Source: Chaetodon trifascialis
Taxonomy: Eukaryota
Assembly (NCBI RefSeq): GCF_039877785.1
Contig: NC_092066.1
Span: 5,187,152 to 5,251,151 of the forward strand
Direction of reading: 5' to 3'
DNA length: 64,000 nt
The notes under the pieces are model-generated. The model worked only from the letters and a program-made list of their open reading frames with translations, had not been told where the DNA came from and made no database searches. This document shows positions 25,421 to 38,090 of the stretch, one piece after another. The stretch's first letter is position 1. Every line of letters begins with the position of its first letter. Both the position numbers and the translations under genes were made by a program.

Positions 25421-26329
25421 TGATACAGCCTTATCTCCCTGCGTCGGATACAGTGACTCTAACGTCCTTGGTGCGCCTCGAAACTTTCCCGGAGATAATC
25501 CCAAAACTTTTGTCCTCCTATGTGCGTGTCATTGCGCAAATATCCCTCCTCCTGGAAGGCTTAGATGTAACTTCAGCAACTTTTCCACGCTGTTTCCACG
25601 CGATGGGGGCTGCTTCTTGCTCGGGTATTTGCAACTTTTCCAGCCTTCATGCCTTCAAATCTTCGCTCAAGATGTCTCACAGTCTTTTCCGAAGCATATC
25701 TCCCACATACAGTCGCTTCTTTCATTCTAGCTCCATCGACATCCTCATAGCTCCTTCTTCTTCTTCCCCGGTCAAGTCAGAGAGAGGAAAAAAAAAAGTT
25801 TATCAAATATTTTTGTCGTCCTTTACCCTTAATTGCCTTTGGGTGGGTTTCCCAGCTCCAGTTGGTCCGTTACTCATTCCCCATAGGACCTTGAGCCCGT
25901 CAGTCATGAATCCCCCCTGCCCAACCTCCAGCCTCCCTCTTCTCCCCCCTCCTCACTCATTCTGGAGGTTTCTCTTTTAGTCACTTCACATTAACTTTAA
26001 TACACCAACACATATTTTCAAGCCAGCACATTTGACTTTTCTTTACAGTTTACAGCTTGTTGCGCATCATCCACGCGTCATTTTCCTGCCGTTTTTCCAC
26101 AAGAGTTAGCTTTATCTCCGCATTACCCTCAGCATCAATAATTTTTTCCCCACTTTTTTTTTAAACCCAAAACAATATGATTATTATTCCAATCATGAGC
26201 AGGACTCATGGCAAGCAGCTCGCTGTCTCTGAAACCTGCCATTGTAGACCGGCTGCAGGGCCACCAGGGCTGTGATGTTAGTGATGTCAGCGAACATAAG
26301 CGGGCCTATTTCCTGTGCCGACCAAACCA

Positions 26330-26680
26330 CAGCCCCCCTTTTTTGGCTGTCACTCTTCCCTCTCCTCCCCCTTTCCTCCTCTCTTTCTTTTTTTTTCACC
26401 TCACTCCTCCTTCCTCTCTTCTCCCCACCAACTCTCCTCCTTGTCCCTCCTCCTCCTCAGCCTCCCCTCCCTCCCCTTCCTCTTCACCAAAGATCTGTTT
26501 CTCATTATCCTCTGTAGTCTGCTCTCTGTCTGAGTCAGGAGACGAAAAACTTAAATAAACACACTCTCTCTGGCTCTCTCCGCCTCGGTCCAGCTCCTTA
26601 AACCCACCGACCCAACCCCCACCTACCGTCTCTCCCCTCTGTCCTCCATCCTCACCCTCCTCCGATTCTCACAATCATTA
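26330..26680 (+). repeat. About 350-bp polypyrimidine (CT-rich) low-complexity tract in the nfatc4 5' flank/5'UTR region.
   Basis: ctcttccctctcctccccctttcctcctctctttctttttttttcacctcactcctccttcctctcttctcccc... with almost no purines on the plus strand. Confidence 0.8.
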
Positions 26681-28894
26681 GGCGTATGTTATACTGGCGT
26701 GTAACTGGGGGCTTGTTTCACTCTCCCTGTCGTCCTCTTGGGGTTGTGTGGGCTGGTCATGGATTCTGGACTGATCTCAAGATGTTGCCGTCTGGCCAGG
26801 GAGAGAAAAAGTGCTACCAGCAGGGCCGACACAAGACTTTTTGGGGCCAAAGGAATCATCTGATAACCTGTATCCCCATCAGACCCCCATATGGCACCAA
26901 TGGCCCCTGTAACAAAGTTAAGGATGGTATACATTTCCTACACAGCAGTGGCCAAACGTGAATCCAAAGAGAGTTCACTTCATTTTTGCAGTCATTCAGA
27001 TTGTTTGGGGGGTCCGTGGTGGCTGAGGGTCCCTGTAGGAGTTGTTAATTTTGCTACTTGCTGACTAATTAGCCTACCAGTCACAGCAAAGCACTGCGCA
27101 GCGCAGCGCTATAATGACTGCACGTTAACTTTTAACACTTACACATTTATGTCTTTCTTTATAATCTTTATATTTTAATATTATTCTCATCATTATTGTT
27201 GCACATTAGCCCTTTGGCACATCTTCATGAGTACACCACCCTCGCATTTCACTGCACTGTGCTGAAAATATGTCTGAGTGACAAGTAATTCTTCACATTT
27301 TTAATCCTTAGACAACCGATAACAGCTGTGGGAAATTATGATGACAATCACTTTATCAACAAGCAGGAGGCAAACAGAACTACAGCGTCACAGTTTAATC
27401 TACCAGCAATATGCATTTCCATGTATCTGACTGTTTGCTTTGCTGGATTACATCTCAGTGTGTTGAGGTGAAAGTTATTTCATAACAACTCATCGGTAAA
27501 TATTATACTTTTTCCTCCACTACATTCACTTCATAACTTAAGTGAGTAAGCAGATTCAGATTAAGAATAGATCATAAATAACAAATAAATTATGATATTA
27601 TTGCAACAATAAGATTTTATTGATACTTAGATGGAAATTCATAAGATATCCAGCAGTACATAAAGTAATATAAATTATTATAGGTAAATAAAGAATAGGT
27701 CAATGTTTACCAGCTGCAATATTAAAGTGATGAACACATTAATATATCAGTAATCATAATCAAATAATATAATATGCTTTATTCTGAAATGGGGCTTTTC
27801 TTTTTGTATGTTTTGCTTCAATAAAATTCTAAATACATGAATTATACTTGTGATATAGTATAAATGCACTGTGGTTTTTGGGTGTGAATAACGGTGGTTT
27901 GCTGAAGACGTGAAGCCAAAATGGAGAGAGAATAAAATATTTTCAAGGTCAAGGTTCAAGGTCAAATACAGGATTGTGCAGCGAAATGCAGCTGTAGCGC
28001 CTGCACACGCAAGAAATACATGAACAAATATTTGTTTTGAATAAGAATAGAATAAAACAGTATCAGACAATAAAACAGAACAAAGTATATAAAAGAAAAA
28101 ATAAAACTAAAACTAAATTATATCAACAAATCCAAGTTATTTTCTGATTTAGCCTCTTTGACTTGCGGGACAGTAACTCTGTTTTCAGGCAAAGGTGGCA
28201 AAAAGTTTTCATGAGCAATGGATCTCTAGTGATTACGGAGGAAACAAAAGTGAACCTGAATTGGAAAAACACTTCTCATACATAGGTATTGTATGCATGC
28301 ACATTTTCAGTAGTTGAGGCACAGAGCGTCTCTAAATGGAAAGTTTTGGGGGATTGTGAAACCATAGAGTTGAGTGGCTGATAAACTGCTGCAATGTGAT
28401 GGATGAGTGCAACACACAGGAGGAACTGCTGAGTGTCAACTTTATGGGAGGCTCAGAAACAGAAGAACTGGTTCCTGTGGAAGTGATGCCATCATGTGGC
28501 AAAAGGCAGAACAGTTTTACTCAGTTCTGCTGTCAGAGAGTCACAATCAGGTTTATTGCCAAGTATGTTTTCACATAACAGCGTCTGACTTGGTATTTTT
28601 GGGGGTGGTGGGGGGGTTTGCTGTGCCATCAGTGTGTGAATTCATATCTCTTTGGATAAAATGTGATACCAGTTTTTGTGTGGTGGTACATCCTGTAATT
28701 TACTCCCTCTGTATGATGGGCAAACAGAGCTCATCCTGGTCACATTCAGCACCAGGAACGTGAACACACTCATCCTGACCTGAATCCATTTACACGTCGC
28801 ATTTCACTCGTAAAACAGCTGCAGTGATCGCTGCTGTTCCAGAGAGACGAAGACCTGTTAGTCTCAGGAAAAGAGGCTACACTAAATATAAACT

Positions 28895-28912
28895 TACCCT
28901 AACCCTGACCCT
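28895..28912 (-). repeat. Short telomere-like tract (CCCTAA variants) inside a repeat unit that resembles the sequence flanking 2061-2180.
   Basis: taccctaaccctgaccct. The adjacent sequence aggaaatgacagac resembles aggaaatgaatgcaag next to the 2061 tract. Confidence 0.45.
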
Positions 28913-31586
28913 TATGTAACAGTACCCTAAAGTGACCTGAGCTAAAAGTCTGTCATTTCCTGTAACTAAAAACGACCCATTCATGTCAAGATATCTATTT
29001 CCTTTTGCTTTATATCCTATTTGATTGTGTGGATGAGCAAACTGCTGCCAAGTCTGAGGTCTTAATTTAGCGGAACCAAGCGAAATATTTATTTTTGGTT
29101 GGATTATTAAAATTTTACTAAATGATGTATATAACATAGTTGTACTGTTTACTTTGTAAATTTTATGCTAGTAGTGGCTAATGTAGCCACGAGCTGCGAG
29201 CCTCACATGGTGAACTCACTTCTTTCTAACTCCATAACCCCGAATTTTTTTTCATTTTCAGACTTCTGGTCTTCAGACCCAACAGATGCTGACTCAAGTG
29301 ACATCGCTTGAGGCAATTTTCAGATTTTACACAAAACGTCTAACAACTTTTTTTCAGCTATGTAACAGTACTCCTCAACACCTGTAAACAGACTTTGATG
29401 CGTGAAATTGGCGGCACTCCCCTTTAATCAATTCAACACGTCATTAGAGTCTTCAGAGCAAAGAAGTATTTGGTGTTTGCTCAGACAGTTACGAACGTCC
29501 CTCAGCTGATGGTTTTCAGTTGTCTGTCCATCTCTGCTGTGTAAATGTGAAATTGTGTGAATGTGAAGCATGATGTCACTTTCTAGGCTTCTCCACATTT
29601 TCCACTTCTTCCAGCATTCCTGTCAGCGTGAGAGGCTTGTATGAACTAGTGAGCGTGAGTTTGTGTGCTACCTTAATGCATGTTTGTGCTTGTGTGCTCC
29701 ACATCCATTACACATGGGAGCTTGTGCAAGAATCTGAATCACCTCTGATTTTGAGATTACGCAACAAGTTGACTCAGGCAACATGAAAAGTGCCTCAGGA
29801 CACACAAATTAGCATTTTGATATGTGACGCTGGGACATGTTGTATGGAAAAATGCATGTTTGTTTACATAAGATCCTTTTTGTATACAGTATCATTGCAC
29901 AGATACTTGAGATGCACTCCACTGGATAATCATATATGGAGATGATAAGATAGAAGGAGAGGGAGAGCTTTAAGGAAGGACACACCTCTCTCTCACCACA
30001 GCATGTTGCAGCCTGTGGGGCAGGATGTGATTCAGTTTATTATGGACTGAGCTAACAGAGACCGTCACATAAGGCTGGACGGAGTGGAGGTAACAGCAGA
30101 GGGATAATTGAATCTGACACACATCACAGAGAGACATCAGGTCCTGGAAAGGTCAGTCACACTTGAAGGCGAGCCTGAAACCTCTCAGCACCTCGGCTTC
30201 GTTGACTTGTTATTAACATTTTCACTTTGTTTTCTCTGTCAGACTTTGCTAACATTTACCTCTCTTTCATCTTTTCTTGACTTGAATATTTACATGAAGC
30301 AGATTTATTACAAACCAGTGACTCGTGATTGCAAAACTTTGGACTGAAGCTGCACTGATTTTTTGATTCTCTCAGGTCTTGTTTTGTTGTTTTTGTACCC
30401 AAATAACTGCTGAACATCATCAAAACTCGCATCTTCGCTGTATTTTTCCCCATTTGTTGTTTTTTCTTGCAAATGCTTTTTACAGTCCTTTCCTTAGTCA
30501 GTCATTTAAACATTAACGATATCAGATTAGTTTTCTTTAGCGCACTTTGTTCATTACAACATCATATGTATGTCGTATATCCACTACAATATCGGGTTGA
30601 AATTTACATATTTTTGTGTTTTTGTTCTTGTCTGTGTGTTGGAGCAGCTTTGTGACACCTGGCTTCATTATAAACTTTCATATAAACAGTTTTATTTTAA
30701 AAATCTGTCACTTCTGAGAAAAAGCGCTCTGCAATCCGTTGCATTTTCTTTGAATAGAGACACAAATCTGGCTTTGATTCACTTTTACTCATTCACTAAA
30801 GCCATTGGGGGAAAATAAACAGTTTTTTTTAGTGGGACCAGAGCAAGGAATAAGGACTTACTGTCATAAAGGGAAATGTGGTTTTACAAAGATCATATCA
30901 ACTCTGAACCAATTAAGTCCTCTCTACAAGTCAGGGTCTGTCAGGCATCTTTAATTGTGTTATTCCTTAAAGGTCAAGCGTCGTTGACCTCTGCACTGCT
31001 TGGTACTGGTTTCCATGAGCGCAGGGATTCAAAAGAAGTGAGACAAATGAAGAGAAGAAGAAAAAAAAACAAGCGAATCAAAGACTGTGTTGAAATACTC
31101 TCATGCTGCTCTTTGACGTAGTGCTGCGTTGGTTTGGCGTGTTTTAGCATGCCGCCTCTGAGTTGAAGCCACTCTGTTGGCTACAGGGTCTGATGTGAAT
31201 ACTTTAGAGGCTGCGTCAGGGTGGCAGCCATCCTCCAGCTCTGGAATCAGCCTGTGTACTATTGGGGAACAATAGTTTTCCATTCTCCGCTATTTTCTTG
31301 ATAGCGAGCCCTCACCCTGAGTGTGAAGTGTGAAGTGAAATATCCAAATTATCAGTGCGTAATTTAGCTCCTGTCTTTTCTATCATCTTTTTCCCTTTTT
31401 TACTACCTCTTTTCATCATTCACATTTAGAAACCATTTCCCAAAGAGGAAATTCTTTTTTACTGCCGGTTCCTGTTAGCTTCAAAGAAGAGTTGTGCAAT
31501 GGCAGTCACACAGACGAGTAAACATATCAGTGATATGTGAGGAGAGTTTTATCAAAATCTGACCAAGAAACTTACTGAAGCACACT

Positions 31587-31635
31587 GGGTGTAGGGTTAG
31601 GGTTAGGGATCAGAGTCAGGGTCAGGGTTAGCCTT
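31587..31635 (+). repeat. Degenerate interstitial telomere-like repeat (TTAGGG / TCAGGG variants).
   Basis: gggtgtagggttagggttagggatcagagtcagggtcagggttagcc. Confidence 0.7.
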
Positions 31636-32007
31636 TTTTGAGGCCATCAGGTGAGAAGAGTTGAGAAAAACAAACGCTGACTGACTTTCAGTGTTGAAAG
31701 CAGGTGTGCATCCGTCACCACAGACAAAACATTTCACCATCAGTGATGCAGACCCAGTTAATCTTTGTGAAGCAGGTGATAAACAGTCCTGTGCATACCA
31801 GGAAAGATGATCAGCAGTGACAAACAGACTGTTGACAGAGTTAGGTAAATCTTAAGTCATGCACTGCAGAAAGCATGGAAGCCCATCTTCTATTTGTAAA
31901 AATGATACATTTGTGTTTTTTTAGTCATACTTATTATTTATTATGTCAAAATAACTTAACTTTGTCTAACTTCGTCTCTCGTCCTCAGGATCAACACTCC
32001 TTCTAGC

Positions 32008-32574
32008 ATGAGCAACCTCAGTCGTTCCTTTCTCAATGACACAAACCAGGAGCATGACAGCGTTGTGAGCAATGACTTCTCCACAGCCTTGGGAGCCCTC
32101 ATCCTCAGCTTGGTCTTCCTCCTGGGCGTCCCTGGCAACCTCTTCATCGTCTGGAGCATCCTGGCACGCACCCGACGACGCTCTGTCACCACCCTCCTCA
32201 TCCTCAACCTGGCGTGCGCCGACGGCTTCCTCATGGCCCTCACCATCTTCTTCATCGTCTACCTGGCCAAGCAGACGTGGGTCTTCGGTGACGTCATGTG
32301 TAAGGGCCTGTTCTACCTGTGCAACTCCAACATGTATGCCTCCATCTTCCTGATCACACTGATGAGCGTGCACAGGCTGGTGGCCGTGGTGTTTCCCAAG
32401 AAAGTGCACTCCCTGGTCACCAAGAAGATTGTGAGGAGGATGATCATTGGCATGTGGGTGGTGGTGATGGTGATCGCTATCCCCTCGCTTGTGTTCCGAG
32501 ACGTGAGAGAGGACAAAGATGAGAGGAATAAAAAAAGGTTGGTGTGTGCGCCCAACCACACCCTGCCCCGACAT
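32008..32574 (+). CDS. ltb4r: ltb4r coding exon 1: TM1 to TM4/ECL2.
   Basis: The ATG lies directly after an acceptor (cctcag|gatcaacactccttctagcATG). Donor CAT|GTAAGT. The exon is 567 nt, ending in phase 0. Confidence 0.8.
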
Positions 32575-34262
32575 GTAAGTAGACTACAAGTAACAATTAT
32601 TTCCAGCATCTGTCATTAAGCTGATTTTTTTGGGGGGGTTGAGTCTTTATTGGATAGTGCAGCTGAAGAGAGACAGGAAAGTAAATGAGGGAGGACATTT
32701 AGCAAAGGGCCCCAAGTTGGAGTGAAACCAACGAAGGACACAGCCATAATACATGAGGTGCATGCTCGACCAGGTGAGCGACCAGGAAGCCCCAAATCTG
32801 ATGAACTGATTAATCATTTGCTCCAAAAGCCCGTCACAAATACCTGTTCTGTCTGACCAAAAGGACAAAATATATCTGAAGCCCTTTTAAATTAGCACAG
32901 ACAAGAAGTTCCTGACTGAACTAGTCTGAACTGCTTATTTGAAATCCATGACAAGTCCATCTGCTGAAGGTGGTCGTGAGATGTGTTGAAAGCTCTGGAA
33001 GAGCTCAGAAATGCACCATCTTTGGAGACCTTGCTGATTTTTGGGGGGCAGTGGAAACAAGTTGTGAACACAACAGTGATACATTGTCGTTGAGGGTGAT
33101 CTGGCGGACTTGTTAGCAAACAGTTTCACATCCAGCGGCTTTTCCTAGTTTTAATTGACCTTTAATTGTCCTTCTGCTTGTTTTATTTGTTTGCTACTCT
33201 ATTGGGCATTGTTTTTTTACGATCTACTTGTTATGAAGTTTGTGTGAGACACTGATTATTATTTGATCGATTGAAGGATTTAGATTCAGTATGTTGTCTT
33301 GCCATTATCTCGCCCTGCCATGTTTTAGCAGATCCATTCATGTCTAAACAGCCATTGCATTGAGCACACCTGCTTTGTGTCGTCCTGTGTGCAGGTGAGG
33401 TTTCAGTACGCCTTTGAGACAGTGGCGGGCTTCATTCTTCCTTATGCAGTCATCATATTCAGCTACGTGCTCATCCTGAGACGCCTGAGGCAGACCAAGT
33501 TCCGCAGAAAGGTCCGCAGTGAGAAACTCATCCTGGCCATTGTGGTGATGTTTGGTCTTTTCTGGCTTCCGTACCACGTTATCAACATGATACAGGTGTG
33601 TAAGGGCATGTTTATTTTTCATATGAAATACTAATTTCTTCTATTAAATCAATGATCTGATCCGTTGAATGAATGCTGAGTTTGTTCTGTTCTGTCCAAG
33701 GTGGCAGCTGAGTGGTATTCAGACAATTCTCCCACGAGAAATATGTGAGTAACAAAAGATTTTTACCATTTTCACCCTGCCTCTCAAACTAAATTTCACA
33801 TATTTTCACTGACATAAAAACTTTTTTCTGAAATTCTAAGCAAAGGACTGAGCTTTGATGTTTCACAGCAAATTTGACAGTGGGGTTTTGCTTGATGTAA
33901 CGTTTTTTGCAGTCAAAGCACTTATATGTGTTTTAAACCCTACAAAAACATTTTGGCTTTTGGTTGTGGTCTAAAACGGTCTGTCTATCTGCAGATTGGA
34001 CCATATCTCAAAGTCCAGCCGTGCAGTGACCTCGGCTTTGGCCTTCATCAGCAGCTGTGCCAATCCTGTCCTCTACACCTTCGCTGGGAAATCCTACATC
34101 AAGCAGAACGGCTTCGGCTTCATGGCCCGTCTCTTTGAGGGCACGTCTTTGGATCAGACAGGAAACAAAAAGAGTCGGATCATGGGGAAAGACAATGTGG
34201 GAACCAGTAACGCGGACTCCTCAAACAGCACAGGAACTCCTATGTCACAAAACGGGACATGA
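32008..34262 (+). CDS. ltb4r: Leukotriene B4 receptor (class A GPCR) gene span, 4 coding exons, about 359 aa. Exons: 32008-32574, 33395-33595, 33701-33744, 33995-34262.
   Basis: LNLACADGFLMAL, MYASIFLITLMSVHR, FETVAGFILPY, FGLFWLPYHVIN, ALAFISSCANPVLYTFAG and GFMARLFEGTS are colinear with human LTB4R (LNLALADLAVLL, MYASVLLITAMS, FEAVTGFLLPF, FAAFWLPYHVVN, ALAFLSSSVNPVLYACAG, GFVAKLLEGTGS). The summed exons give an integer 360 codons. Confidence 0.8.
33395..33595 (+). CDS. ltb4r: ltb4r coding exon 2: TM5 to TM6.
   Basis: Acceptor gtgtgcag|GTGAGG, donor CAG|GTGTGT. Encodes VRFQYAFETVAGFILPYAVIIFSYVLILRRLRQTKFRRKVRSEKLILAIVVMFGLFWLPYHVINMIQ. Confidence 0.75.
33701..33744 (+). CDS. ltb4r: ltb4r micro-exon 3 (44 nt).
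   Basis: Acceptor tgtccaag, donor AT|GTGAGT. Encodes VAAEWYSDNSPTRN. It is required to keep the reading frame between exons 2 and 4. Confidence 0.6.
33995..34262 (+). CDS. ltb4r: ltb4r terminal coding exon: TM7 and C-tail.
   Basis: Acceptor ctatctgcag. Encodes ILDHISKSSRAVTSALAFISSCANPVLYTFAGKSYIKQNGFGFMARLFEGTS...*. An AATAAA lies at 34435-34440. Confidence 0.8.
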
Positions 34263-34434
34263 GCGATGAACGAACTTTGTACATAAATCAGAGAAAATGT
34301 CTAAAATTACACATTTGTATATTGTTTATTATGGTGACAGCAACATTTGAGCCTTAATTTGCTGGGCTTAAAAAATATAGACAACACAGAAGCAGCAGCT
34401 GAGACCTGACCGACGAGTATTTTGAATTTATGTA

Positions 34435-34440
34435 AATAAA
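34435..34440 (+). terminator. ltb4r: ltb4r polyadenylation signal AATAAA, about 170 nt after the stop.
   Basis: tatgtaAATAAAtggtg. Confidence 0.45.
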
Positions 34441-37400
34441 TGGTGTTGAAAGAAACAGATGTTTGAAATGTAACTGTTTGCATCTGACTTGTATATCAGA
34501 GCTGTAAATATTCTTTTGTAATGTTTTATTTTATTACATTTTGTGTCACTTGCAGGGAATAACACTTGAACAAGCAAAACATAATGATAAATAACTACAT
34601 AACACAGTACTGTATGTACTCTGGGAGCGGTGGTATTATGACAAAAACACGGAATTTCATTTCTACATGAGAAACACTTTGATCACTTGAAGTCCCCCAA
34701 TTTAACATTTATGAGCAATAACTATTTAACACATGGTTTATATCACACTATAATGTAGTTTTAAGCAGATTTGACATTAAGTTGTACTTATTATGGTACA
34801 GTGTTTGTTGGTAATTATACAGATGTTTTTTAGTATATTGTCATTTATTATGTTGCTGCAGCAGCAGCATCCACTTATGGGTGCTGATAAATATATTAAT
34901 GCATTCTTTCAACGACATGATAGCATTATAAACCCCTTATAAATGTTTATATGCTGCTCAAAAATGGCAAATTGGGGGACTTAAAGTGCTGCTCATCAAT
35001 CTAAACAAACTCACCTTCAGATAAATTTCATTAAGAGTAATTCACTCACTTGTGCTCGTTCCAGCTTTAATCACTTTCAGGCCACAGAGACAACTGAACC
35101 ACTTATTTTTTATGTGAATCAATACTAAACCAGCACATTTTGGAGTTTCATCACAAACACGCCGAAAACATTAAGTCTGAATTGAATCTGGTGCGTGACA
35201 CATTTCATTATGAACAACTCAACTCCATCCTTGAAATACTTGATGTTTGATCACGTTCTTCCTCGCAACATGTGGCCACTCGGCAGCATCTGACACCATC
35301 AGACATGTTGTAATAGGTTTTGTATCAACTTCATACAAAAAGCTGATTTTCTACTCGATTGTCATGAAAGCCTGAATCATGGATGTACAAACTCTTTGGC
35401 CCTTTTATTTATTTTTTTTACTTATTTTGCAGTTTGCCACCACCAACACACTTTTCTGTAATGTGTGCAATGATGTCAACATCTTGAATTTCTGTTGCAG
35501 CACATGGATCTCAGCTTGAGTCATTTTCAGACTGTTAGGCACTGATATTGAATTTAAAACACTTAAATTTGTTTTAAATTTCCATTTGTAATTCAACATG
35601 CAGTTTGTTTAATAAAGCAGAAATTTACTGTTTGAGACTCAATTTTTATAGTCTACACACCAAAGAGCCCAGCTTTGCTTTAATGTAGTCACATCCCTGT
35701 TATCCTCCTCCCAACAGCTTTAGGGTCTTTACATGAAGACTGTACCAAATATTCAGTTTTTACACAAGCAATGTGACCTGCTCAGTGATTTAACACCATT
35801 TCTTCCTCATCAGGTTTCACTGAATCACACATTTTGTATCATCTACAAATCAAGACAATACAGTTTAATACTTAAATAACACTTTATTAGTCATTTTCAC
35901 AGTTCATACATCACAAGACTGAAGAGATTTGGAGATTATGTTCATAGATTATAAAGACATTACCATATTTTCAGGGAACAAATTGTATTTATGGGTTTCA
36001 AACAGCCCCTCTGAACACAACGCAGCATTCATTCATTGGCTCATGCAGCATCCCTTTACCTGTAAAAAGGAAAAAAAGGTGAATTAATATCCAACAGCTG
36101 AAAATGTTTAAGTGTTGACAGACTAAATATAAACCTCCCAGAGTAATGCAATGCAGGTTAACAGCCTCCAAAAAAGTAAGTTTTAATCAAAACCAAATGT
36201 CAATCATGAAGATTTACTGCAGTGCTCTGTGGACTATGGATTCATTTTACATAAATGGGTCTAAACTGGCTGCAAAGTTTACCATCAATGTGTAAAAACA
36301 CTGATACAGACCTTAAAGATGTCCAGTCCAGGCTCTTGAAACCTAAAACAGAGCACACGATGATCAGTCTCAGCTTGCATTGAAATAATCCTCTCAGCAG
36401 CATCTGAATCGTCAAACCCATCAGTGCAGTGAAAGAATAATCATGAGGTTCAGGTGAAACACGGACTCACATGCAGCTCATCATTAAGGTTTGACGGTAA
36501 AAAGCAGAACTAAATCTTCAGGTGGATTTGCTGTAACGGGCATTTGGCATCTTTTCTGAGCTGACTCTGAATTTGCTCAGATGGAGAAAAAAATAAACCT
36601 GCAGCAGGTGCAGATGATGTCTGACGATACTACAACATGCACTCTGCTCAGACACCAGTTTATTATTGGGCTGAAACTTTTAGAGACATTGATTCAGCTG
36701 GGTGGCCATTGTACTGTATTATGCAGAAGTGGCCTATTCATGATAATTTGCTCTCACTGCTTTAAACGTGGGCAAGATAGTAACTCATGTTAGTATAACA
36801 CATTTGAAATGATTATAAAATCTCTTGAATTTTAACAAAAACTGACTAATTTTAGGATTTAATGCAGGACTGTTGTATTAGACTGCAATAGTTTCAGCTG
36901 CTCTTAATAAACATGTAAATGCCCGCTTGTTGATCATCCTAATATTTAGATCGTGCACACATAATTAACTCGACTGCACAATTCATGCATAGATGCAAAG
37001 CAGTGCAAGTGGACGTCGAATGAGGCCCAGATCGGCTCATCAGAGACCATGAGGCCGCTTTGGCGCCGCAGCAGCAGCGAGCTAACGACACTAACCTGCA
37101 TTAACCGCAGCAAACCGCCGCACGCAGATGCACTAATACACCAACTGCGACATAATCAATGTGATCTGACACAGATCAGTGGTGAGAAATACCGTTAATG
37201 AAGCTCCACATGTGCTGGCCTTTGTCTCTCCACCGCGGCATGTCGGACCTTCATCATCGCAACAAGGAAAAGAGGCCGCTAATGAGGCTGAGGCTCAATT
37301 TATCTCCTCATCAAAACCACGTGTTTACTGTCCTCCGTCAGAAAACAGGCCGCTTCCGGGTCTGGCACGGTGGAGTATTAAAGTGCCAATCTTATAAAAC

Positions 37401-37921
37401 ACATTATTAAAGAACAACCAACTTAAATTATGAACAGTATCTTCCATTTAATGCAGGTTTATTGAAATTAAAAGTATGATATTGCGTTTTAACTGGAATG
37501 TGTCAACAAAAGTACAGACATCGTACATCCAGCAGCTAAAAGTGCATTGTTATGCACAGATATAGAATTTAAAAAGAATAAGACTATAAATAAGAAATGA
37601 AATATAATAGATGACAACAATGGGAAAAATATTGATCATCATCAAATAAAACTTTAATCAAAAGGCTCCATTGTCTACATTGTCCTGATATAAGGGTATA
37701 GACTATATGAGTTGAACTTAATTAATTAACTATAAAAGATATTTGTCTTACATCTGTAGCCCCCGACATGTTGTTGAAACCATGATTTACGCCTGAAAAT
37801 TGATTTAGTTGGTAAATATTAACAGATAACCTGATAGCTGTGATTAAATAAACCCGTGATTGAAATCCACCTGTTCTTTTAAAACCTCTTCCCACACGCA
37901 GCGCCGTCGGAAACTACAAAA

Positions 37922-37929
37922 TGACGTCA
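37922..37929. promoter_or_regulatory. sdr39u1: Palindromic cAMP-response element TGACGTCA about 150 bp upstream of the sdr39u1 ATG.
   Basis: aaaatgacgtcactagctgac; full-site CRE/ATF consensus. Confidence 0.4.
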
Positions 37930-38074
37930 CTAGCTGACTACGGAATTTCTCTAGGTCCAAAAAGCAAGAAACAAGTCAGTGATAGAACTGACGCTGGCGT
38001 GAGTCAAAGGGAACAGTGTATCCTGCTGTAGCCTTCAATTGTTTAAGTCAACATTTGACGGGGATTATTTGACC

Positions 38075-38090
38075 ATGAGAGTATTAATAG
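38075..38090 (+). CDS. sdr39u1: sdr39u1 exon 1 (ATG plus 13 nt).
   Basis: accATGagagtattaatag|gtatgt encodes MRVLI(G). A CRE-like site lies about 150 bp upstream. Confidence 0.75.

Noticed and set aside
25176-25980. 184-aa and 214-aa plus-strand ORFs in the nfatc4 promoter region.
   Set aside because: They are produced by GC-rich, stop-poor CpG-island sequence, with no protein-family similarity. The region is antisense to nfatc4 exon 1.
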